DNA from: a virus | Lineage: Duplodnaviria > Caudoviricetes | DNA length: 64,000 bases | IMG/VR virus record: IMGVR_UViG_3300033076_000691 | Location: 1-64,000 of that record | Strand: one strand, 5' to 3' | In this document: positions 31,945 through 39,801 of the stretch, one piece after another | Layout: each line of letters starts with the position of its first letter | Position numbering within the stretch: position 1 is the stretch's first letter | The notes under the pieces: model-generated | What the model saw: the letters and a program-made list of their open reading frames with translations, nothing else | The model's database searches: none | What the model was told of the DNA's origin: nothing | Made by a program: the position numbers and the translations under genes

Positions 31945-34900
31945 TTATAAATATTCAACTTGTCCTCCGGCTGCTAAGAATTGTTGTAATTCTTCAGGAG
32001 TCATATATACTTCTTCATCTTCTTCATATGGTGCAGTAAACCCTCCGGCTTGCATATAACCACCATATCTACCGATAGCGTAGTTACCATAGGTAGCTCT
32101 ACTACTTCTATCTTGACCTTGCTCAGGAGTTCTATATCCTATATAACTTCCATAATCTACTTGATCTCCTCTATCTTTTTCAGTAGATGAACCCATTAAA
32201 TTATATACATCTGCTGTATCTAAAAGGAAGTTTTTTTCTTTTTTAGCATTTCGGAATCTATCAATACCACCCAAGATACCTCTTGCTCCTGCATTAAATA
32301 CATTTACACCAGCTTCAGGATCAATAGATCTCATTTTTTTCCTTTTATTTTCTACACCTACATATTGATTTGGTGTAGGTGGTTCTTTTTCAGGAATAAT
32401 CTCTTGACCTTGTGCTCCTAAAGTATGTCCGGTATTTGCTGTTTCTGTATATGATCCAGTACCTGTTGCATTAATATAAGCAAAAGGATTTTGATCTTGA
32501 TTGATTGAAGACCCTCTTGGTGATCCAAACAAAGTATTTTCAAATTGAGCATCAGCAGAATGTGGTCCAAATGCAGACATGTCTTGTCCTATACCATTAC
32601 TAAAACCTGTACCTAATTCAAATGGATTAACTCCACCATAACGGTATTCCATTTGAGGGCCACCATATTGCTTTTGATCTTTTACACGTTTTGTAGATTT
32701 ATCTTCATAGTATCTAGAACCCTGTGCCCCAAATCTTACCTTATCTCTGAAACGTCTTGCATCTTCATTTTCAAAAGCATATGTAGTTCTAGCATGTCTT
32801 TTTTCTGCATTAGATAATTCATCCCAATGTTTCTTATTCCATGCATCTTCTTGAAGCTTTGAATCTATATATTCATTTCTACTTACTCTATCAGGTTTTT
32901 CTGAACGTTGTCTTCTTTCTTTTTCAGGATCTACCATCCCTTTAAGTTGAGCAACATCAATAGGATTGTCTCCTGCAACTTTATAAATGTCTAACCATTC
33001 TTTTTCTTTACCAAGTAAACCTTTTTTAGTAACATATCTTGCAGCAACTTCTGGTGGTAATTGACCCATAAAAGCATTCTTAGTACCTAAGTAATAAGGT
33101 TTACCCATTGGTTGTGCATATGATCCCATGTTAGCCATAATAGGATTCCAAGGTAAGAGTGTATTTGCAATTGAACCTTGACCTCTTACTATTCTAGGAA
33201 CATAGTTCACCTGTGCTACTGGAATACAAGCTTTATATTTTTCATTCCAAATAGTACCCGGACCACATTTTGTTTTAGCAGGAGTTTGTAAAAATGGATT
33301 ATCTACAGGTTTACCATAGTTCATATACTCATCAAGACTTTTATTATAAAAATCTTCATACTGTTTGTACTCTGCTTCTCTTTTAGATTTATTATCTTCA
33401 GAAGTAAAGTCACTATACCAGGTATCATAATCTCCTTCTGGATTTGCAGCTTCATAATCTTCTTGATTTGTTTCACCTGCTAACCAATCTTCATATCCTA
33501 ATTTATCTCCTACTACTCTTTTTTCACCAGCTTGGTTCATAATATTGATACCATATTGTGCTTCAGGTAAACCATAAGGTTCATAGTATTCAGATTCATT
33601 ACCACCATAAATAAATCTAGTGAGTGGATTTTTAGAATCCATGTCAACAAAACCACCAATTTCTGCTTGTGGTTGCATTGACATATCATCAGCTAAGTTT
33701 TCTTTATAACCATTTTGCATCAAAAGATTCATGATCTGTGGGTTATACTTAGCATTATCATAGATTTCTCCAGTAAGAGCTTTATTAGAATTATTTTTAA
33801 GAGTATTCTTAAACATATTCTTTTTATTCTCAATAGTGTTAGTTAAGTCATCTGTTCTTTTACCTTTACCAATAGTTTGTTCTTGACCACCTTCTTGAAA
33901 TCTTGCTGTTACAGCTTTAATAAAGTTAGATTTAGATGTACCACCAAATTTAAAATCATCTGCGGGCATCACAATGTTAACATTAGGATTGTTAACACTA
34001 GAGTCTTTATATCTATAATAGTTATATGTTGATGGATAAATTCCTTTTTGAATTAGGAATTGCATACTATCTGGATAAGTTAAGTCTCTTTGATCAATTT
34101 GTTTATTAAACTCAACTCCTGTAGGATCTAGTGTTCTAATAGGTCCTACATCAGTACCACATGGACAGTTGCCATATTTATCTTTTGGTTGATAATTATT
34201 ACCAGATGGGTCTTCACATTGACATTGATTATACAATGAATCCCATGTTTTATAACCAGCATATCCCAGAGCTCCTGCACCAAGTAAAGTATTACGACCT
34301 ATTCTATACTTATAGTTTAATGCATTATTGATATCATTTGCATATGAACCTTCAGCAGCAGGATTAATTACATTAGGACCTAATGCTGGATTTACATATC
34401 CAAATGTAGGTAATTCAACATTTTGAATATTTTTAGCTTTAGTTCTAAATAACTGATTTAAACCTGTAGTAGCATAAGTTTCTAAACCTCTACCAACTTT
34501 ACCTCTATTACTTAATTGTGCATAAGGTGTAGGTGGTTGTTCAGTAATATATGAATATAAACCTTTTAAAGGAGTATTTTTGGGAATATTTAAACCTCCT
34601 GCAAATGGAAACTCTGTTGTGTGAGGAAATGGTGTTACCTGATCTCTTAAAAGTAAATCACCAAAATTCTGTTTTATACCAGAAAGAGCTGGTGGAGTAA
34701 CAATACTTTTTGATTTTACACCTTGTGAAAGAGGATTACCCATTTGGTCAAATACCATTGGGGCACCTGTTTCAGGATCAATATTATAATAGAATCTATT
34801 TTTAAATGTAAGTTCTTTTGCTTTAGATGATGTAGACCCAAATGGTAATTTTTGATTAGGTCCAAACTTATGTGTTATCTCAAAAAATTTATTTCCAGAA

Positions 34901-36147
34901 TCATCTGTACCACCAATAATTTTAGAGTCAAGTGGATAAACCCCACCAAGTAAACCATCTGTTTCAGCTACTGTATTTAAGTCAGATAATTTAAATGATG
35001 ATGCACCTCTGTCCAATTGATTAATAATCTTAAATACATCATCTTGGTATAATTGCAGTCTATCTACACCTAAACTTCCATCACCACCACCGGTAATACT
35101 ACCATTATAACTAAAGACTCCTGGTTTAGGAGTAACATCCCCATGTAAAACTTTCCAAAGCTCATCTCTGTTTTGAGTAAAAGTTGTCTTTAACTGAGGT
35201 GTAAGTTTAGCTCCAACATAAGGTAACTTAGTCATTGCTTGACCTGTCATTGTTGCTAACGGTACCATCTTACGAATAGTACTCAAGTTAGTCATAGGTG
35301 TCAATGCTTTGGTATAACCAGGACCCTGAGTTAATAAGGGATACTGTTTTAATAATCTTGCAAGTACACCACCATCTTGTGCTTGTGGTAAATATTGCTG
35401 TGGTTGAAATGAATCAGATACTGGTCTATAGTCTCCAATGTAATATGAAAGATCAGGAAATGCTTCTTGATTTTGCATACCTGGAGTAATAGCCATCAAG
35501 TCTTCTAGTGAAAATGGTTTTTTATTTTTAAGATTTCCTGCTGTTCCATACTGATCTATTACATTTTTTTGAGTACTGTCAGCTTGATCATTTATAAATT
35601 CTTCATTTTCACCACCATCTTCCATGTAACCACCGTATCTACCAAATGCTTGTTCTTGTTCATCTTGTTCTGTTTCTAGATGACTAGTATCATTATTGGC
35701 AGCTTCTTCTTGATCATAATAACCCTCACTTGAATTTGCTAATTCTTCATCTTCAGCATCATCAGAAGCTCTTTGTTCTTCTTCATCAATTTGTTGTTGA
35801 GTTTGAGGATTGTTATTAGGAGCTTGTTCTTCTTGTTTTTGTACTGCTGATGGATCAAAATAACCTTCTTCAGAAAGTTGAGTAATAGCAGATTGAATAA
35901 TACTCAATGCTGTTGTTTGATCTAATGCATATGATGTAATCAGTTCATTATAAACTAGATCCGGAGTAATTGAGTTCTTTAAAGAAAGATATGCGTTCTC
36001 ATATATCTTATTTAATCTTGCAGGATCTTTACTTACAGAACCAACTTCCATACCCATCTGAGCTTTCTTTAGAAACTTGGCTGTATTATTATAGTATCCT
36101 GGTGTTTCTCCTGGACCTGCTTTTCTTATTCTAACTGATTTCTTCAT
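31945..36147 (-). CDS. Modular putative cargo protein (1400 aa) with many xxGG motifs
   Basis: Long ORF between muzzle and RNAP block. GRYGGYMxxGG occurs twice, with about 14 motif copies in total. Confidence 0.6.
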   Translation of the reverse strand: MKKSVRIRKAGPGETPGYYNNTAKFLKKAQMGMEVGSVSKDPARLNKIYENAYLSLKNSITPDLVYNELITSYALDQTTALSIIQSAITQLSEEGYFDPSAVQKQEEQAPNNNPQTQQQIDEEEQRASDDAEDEELANSSEGYYDQEEAANNDTSHLETEQDEQEQAFGRYGGYMEDGGENEEFINDQADSTQKNVIDQYGTAGNLKNKKPFSLEDLMAITPGMQNQEAFPDLSYYIGDYRPVSDSFQPQQYLPQAQDGGVLARLLKQYPLLTQGPGYTKALTPMTNLSTIRKMVPLATMTGQAMTKLPYVGAKLTPQLKTTFTQNRDELWKVLHGDVTPKPGVFSYNGSITGGGDGSLGVDRLQLYQDDVFKIINQLDRGASSFKLSDLNTVAETDGLLGGVYPLDSKIIGGTDDSGNKFFEITHKFGPNQKLPFGSTSSKAKELTFKNRFYYNIDPETGAPMVFDQMGNPLSQGVKSKSIVTPPALSGIKQNFGDLLLRDQVTPFPHTTEFPFAGGLNIPKNTPLKGLYSYITEQPPTPYAQLSNRGKVGRGLETYATTGLNQLFRTKAKNIQNVELPTFGYVNPALGPNVINPAAEGSYANDINNALNYKYRIGRNTLLGAGALGYAGYKTWDSLYNQCQCEDPSGNNYQPKDKYGNCPCGTDVGPIRTLDPTGVEFNKQIDQRDLTYPDSMQFLIQKGIYPSTYNYYRYKDSSVNNPNVNIVMPADDFKFGGTSKSNFIKAVTARFQEGGQEQTIGKGKRTDDLTNTIENKKNMFKNTLKNNSNKALTGEIYDNAKYNPQIMNLLMQNGYKENLADDMSMQPQAEIGGFVDMDSKNPLTRFIYGGNESEYYEPYGLPEAQYGINIMNQAGEKRVVGDKLGYEDWLAGETNQEDYEAANPEGDYDTWYSDFTSEDNKSKREAEYKQYEDFYNKSLDEYMNYGKPVDNPFLQTPAKTKCGPGTIWNEKYKACIPVAQVNYVPRIVRGQGSIANTLLPWNPIMANMGSYAQPMGKPYYLGTKNAFMGQLPPEVAARYVTKKGLLGKEKEWLDIYKVAGDNPIDVAQLKGMVDPEKERRQRSEKPDRVSRNEYIDSKLQEDAWNKKHWDELSNAEKRHARTTYAFENEDARRFRDKVRFGAQGSRYYEDKSTKRVKDQKQYGGPQMEYRYGGVNPFELGTGFSNGIGQDMSAFGPHSADAQFENTLFGSPRGSSINQDQNPFAYINATGTGSYTETANTGHTLGAQGQEIIPEKEPPTPNQYVGVENKRKKMRSIDPEAGVNVFNAGARGILGGIDRFRNAKKEKNFLLDTADVYNLMGSSTEKDRGDQVDYGSYIGYRTPEQGQDRSSRATYGNYAIGRYGGYMQAGGFTAPYEEDEEVYMTPEELQQFLAAGGQVEYL

Positions 36148-36160
36148 AACGTATGTTATA

Positions 36161-36180
36161 TACTAAATATACTAAATTTT
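36161..36180 (-). promoter_or_regulatory. Putative phage late-promoter motif (TTTAGTATATT)
   Basis: Minus strand reads aaatttAGTATATTtagta upstream of the ATG at 36147. The same motif occurs at 52041-52055, 54069-54086 and 58161-58178. Confidence 0.55.
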
Positions 36181-36191
36181 AATTTAATCAA

Positions 36192-36208
36192 TAAACTTAT
36201 AAAGTTTA
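36192..36208. promoter_or_regulatory. Palindromic site TAAACTT-N3-AAGTTTA (copy 2)
   Basis: taaactt-ata-aagttta, overlapping the TAA of the upstream gene exactly as copy 1 does. Confidence 0.5.
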
Positions 36209-39200
36209 TTCATCCTCAACTATATAACCATCTTTAACATACTGGTCTATTTCTTTTTGAGTAAGTTCTAATGCTACTCCTCCATTTTTATGAAGCATAT
36301 AGAAATGTTTATGTAACTGTGTAGCATGTCCTTTTTTAGTCAGATCATCCCATCTCTTTCGTCCTTCTTGAGTATGCATTCCACTTGAAACTAATGGATT
36401 TAAACCTACTTGCTGTAATGAATTTGTTATAGCTTTATTAAACTCACCTGATACTCCAGTACCCATTAGGTTAAATCTATCAGATAAACCAAATGGATAA
36501 TCTCTTTCTTTCATAAATATGAGTTGATCTTCTAATGTAGGAATACCATGTTGTCCTTTATCAAATCTTGTTATACCAATATCTCCCGTCAAATTATTAC
36601 CAACATAAGTAGACATATCTAATCTAAGTAACGGGTTTCCTGATAAATCAAATGAAGATTCTGTTACAGGATTAATTTTAACTTTTAATTGATCGTCAAT
36701 TTTTTTAATACCTAATCCTTTAGCAAGGTTTTCATTAACTAAAGACTCAAACTCTGGAACAGTAACTCTAAGTCCTGGAGATTCCATTAAGTAAATGGCT
36801 GGTTTTGCAGCCTTAGTAAGTTTAGTTCCTGCTTTAACAATTTGTCCAAGACTAGCCTTTTGTAATATTCCACCTTTTTCTTTTATTTGAGTAGAATTTT
36901 TTTGCCAAGGATTAGTTAATAATTCCTCAGCTTTACTGTAAACTTTTTTAACAGGTTCTTCAACATATTCATCAAGATACTCTTGAGGTGCGGTCATACC
37001 CATACCAGCAAGAGCAGCAGCATAAGCAGCAGCATATCCATATCTTTCTAAAAGACTTTGAAGATTACCCCCCATGGTTGCAGGATCAAATTGATCATTT
37101 CTAAGGGCTTCCATATTAACAGGAATATACCTATTAGAAAATGGCAGTCTTCTGTGAAAAGATAAACCAGGATCTGATATAGGAATGCTAGGTTTTATAC
37201 CACCTTGATTATCAGTAATTAAAACTCCATTTCTTTTTGATAAACTTCTATAACCTAAATTAGTTCCCGGAGCCTTAGTATCTAAACGTACCCCAAATAC
37301 TCCCGGATAACTTTCATTTGGATTACCTGGTTCTGCCCAATTTCCTTCTTTTTTAATTTGAGATTTACCCATTCTTAATAAAGGGCCATGTGAAGGATCT
37401 AATTGACCAGTTAATTTTACATAATCTAAACTATCTCCAAATTTTCTAAATGCAGTATTATCTACATACTCAGATAAATCTTTACCATAGAAAGGAAGAT
37501 AATTTAAAGGACTTCCTATAAATGGTCCTAATCCATCATACCCAGCTCCAAAAGTTAAAATTTTTATAGGGTTCATCATTACAGGAGCTAATGTTTTTGC
37601 TAAACTATTAGCTGTTCCAATAGTTCCAACATTTGCTATTCTTCCTAGATTTTTACCAGTTTTAACAATTTGTCCAAGATTAGCTTTTGGTAAAGTACCA
37701 CCTTTACTATATCCTAACAACTTTCTTGCATCAAGTGCATTTTGAGTTTGTTGAGTTGGCATAGTAAAATCTGAAAAGTTTGTATAATTTGTAGGGACAG
37801 ATTTTATACCTTTTGCAAATCTATATGCTGGAAGTGCACTAAGACCTGCCATTGATGCATCCCAGGCTGCTTCCCCATAATTACCTTTATTAAAAGATTC
37901 TTTTGCATCAGCAAGATTTTGATCTAATCCTAGTAATACACTTGCATCAACAAATGGATTGCCCAACATATTTGAAACAACTGGTTTAACAAATCCAGTA
38001 CCTTTTCCAATAGCATTGAGTCCTTTTATTCCTCCATAAGTAGTACCAATATCCCAAAGTTCATTTCCAAGTGCTTCTGTAAACTTTCCTTCATTATACC
38101 CTTCTCTTAAATTCATTCCAATTTTAAATGGATTAAATGCATTTAGAGTTTGATCTAAAACACCTGTAGGTGTCAATTTTGACATAGTTCCTAAATCAGT
38201 ACCAAATTTATCTTCAGCTTTTAATCTATCATCATAGCTTCTATTCCAATCACCCCACATTTCTTCTCTTGGGTTTAATGCATAATATGCAGAATGAAAT
38301 GGATGTTTTAATACATCTTTTACTTTATCTTCTGTAGTTAGTTCTCTATTTGGATCACCTTGTTTTATCTGTTGACCACTGTGTATAATAGCAGCATTGT
38401 ATATGTCTCCTTGTTGTTCCTGTAATAAATCTTGGTAAGTTTTTTTTGAACCAGAAACCTTTTTTCCTAAAATTGATTGAACAGCTGCATTAGGATCAGT
38501 TTGATATAAGTTGATAAAAGAAGATTTTTCTTTATCATTTAATTCTGAAATAGCTTTTTTAAGAACATCTCTTTGAGCTGGTACAACTAAATTACCTAGG
38601 TATTCTGAAACAGCTTTGTTATAATCTTGGTTTTCTGCTGAAGTTCTTTTAGCTTCTGCATCACGTAGAATAACTGCATCCCTAGACAATTGATTGGCAT
38701 TTCTTTGCATTGCCATTTGATCATCTTGAGAATATCTTATATCAGAATTATCAATATCACCATACTTATCCATCCATTCATTAAATGCTTTTTGACCACG
38801 TTCAATTTTATCAGAATGGTATTTTAAATCTGTTTCTGCAGGGTGATATCTTTTTTCCCAAGCAGCTTGAGGATCATTTGAAAAGAATACATCTTGATCT
38901 TTAGCAAGTTTAGAGTTATCAGTTTGCATACTATCTAAACCTTGAGTAATATTACCCAATGCATCGTTTAATATCTTTTGAGTAGGTTGTATAAATTTTT
39001 TTAACTCAGTTTGATTACCTAAAGAACTAGGTAAAGATTTTACAACTTCTGCCGGAGACTTTCCTTCTTCAAGAGCTTTGGTAATAATTTTATTTGTCAC
39101 CGTAGCATCATACTGTTCTTTTGCAGCATCCATTAAAGAACCTAGTTGTTCTTTAACTTGTTTAGGATCCAGCCCCCAATAGTTTTTAAATTGATCTGCT

Positions 39201-39799
39201 TGATAACCATTATTAACAATCCTATTATATGCAAGATCTAAAGGATATAGTTGTGCAAATCCTGTTTCTGAATTTTTATTAATTAAAAATGTTTTTTTTA
39301 ATTCTTCTTCAGTATCTTTAGTTAAATTAGATAAAGGTATAACATCAAATGGTTCAATTTTATCAGACTTCTTTGAAGCATCAAATGTTTTATAATATCC
39401 ACTAACTTTATTATCATAATTTCTTCTCTGTTCTTCTAATAATTTTTGTTGCCCTTCTTCCCGTATACTTTGCATCTTTTGTTCATGTGCAAGTTTTCTA
39501 TCAGACATTTGTTTTTCAAAACCCTTTTGTTCTTCAGCCCATGCAGCACGTAACTCAGATTCAGTTAAACATTGACCATTATAATCATACTTACCTGGAG
39601 GACATTGTTTACCTGTCATTACAGGAGATTGCATCTCATTCCAATATGAAGGTTGTGCTACATTCTCTACTTCAACCATTGGCTGTTCTTGATCAGTAGA
39701 AGACTCATTGTCTTTTCTACCTTTCATTATTTTTGTAGTCTTATTAAATACACCACCATATCTAGCTTGTGGTATGCTTGTAATTCTATACTTTGCCAT
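36206..39799 (-). CDS. Modular putative cargo protein (1197 aa) with C-terminal GNAT-like module
   Basis: Modules separated by KGG-x-L-x-KA-x-LGQIVK linkers (two copies). The last module has MGTGVSGEF...LVSSGMHTQEGRKRWDDL. Confidence 0.6.
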   Translation of the reverse strand: MAKYRITSIPQARYGGVFNKTTKIMKGRKDNESSTDQEQPMVEVENVAQPSYWNEMQSPVMTGKQCPPGKYDYNGQCLTESELRAAWAEEQKGFEKQMSDRKLAHEQKMQSIREEGQQKLLEEQRRNYDNKVSGYYKTFDASKKSDKIEPFDVIPLSNLTKDTEEELKKTFLINKNSETGFAQLYPLDLAYNRIVNNGYQADQFKNYWGLDPKQVKEQLGSLMDAAKEQYDATVTNKIITKALEEGKSPAEVVKSLPSSLGNQTELKKFIQPTQKILNDALGNITQGLDSMQTDNSKLAKDQDVFFSNDPQAAWEKRYHPAETDLKYHSDKIERGQKAFNEWMDKYGDIDNSDIRYSQDDQMAMQRNANQLSRDAVILRDAEAKRTSAENQDYNKAVSEYLGNLVVPAQRDVLKKAISELNDKEKSSFINLYQTDPNAAVQSILGKKVSGSKKTYQDLLQEQQGDIYNAAIIHSGQQIKQGDPNRELTTEDKVKDVLKHPFHSAYYALNPREEMWGDWNRSYDDRLKAEDKFGTDLGTMSKLTPTGVLDQTLNAFNPFKIGMNLREGYNEGKFTEALGNELWDIGTTYGGIKGLNAIGKGTGFVKPVVSNMLGNPFVDASVLLGLDQNLADAKESFNKGNYGEAAWDASMAGLSALPAYRFAKGIKSVPTNYTNFSDFTMPTQQTQNALDARKLLGYSKGGTLPKANLGQIVKTGKNLGRIANVGTIGTANSLAKTLAPVMMNPIKILTFGAGYDGLGPFIGSPLNYLPFYGKDLSEYVDNTAFRKFGDSLDYVKLTGQLDPSHGPLLRMGKSQIKKEGNWAEPGNPNESYPGVFGVRLDTKAPGTNLGYRSLSKRNGVLITDNQGGIKPSIPISDPGLSFHRRLPFSNRYIPVNMEALRNDQFDPATMGGNLQSLLERYGYAAAYAAALAGMGMTAPQEYLDEYVEEPVKKVYSKAEELLTNPWQKNSTQIKEKGGILQKASLGQIVKAGTKLTKAAKPAIYLMESPGLRVTVPEFESLVNENLAKGLGIKKIDDQLKVKINPVTESSFDLSGNPLLRLDMSTYVGNNLTGDIGITRFDKGQHGIPTLEDQLIFMKERDYPFGLSDRFNLMGTGVSGEFNKAITNSLQQVGLNPLVSSGMHTQEGRKRWDDLTKKGHATQLHKHFYMLHKNGGVALELTQKEIDQYVKDGYIVEDE

Positions 39800-39801
39800 G
39801 G

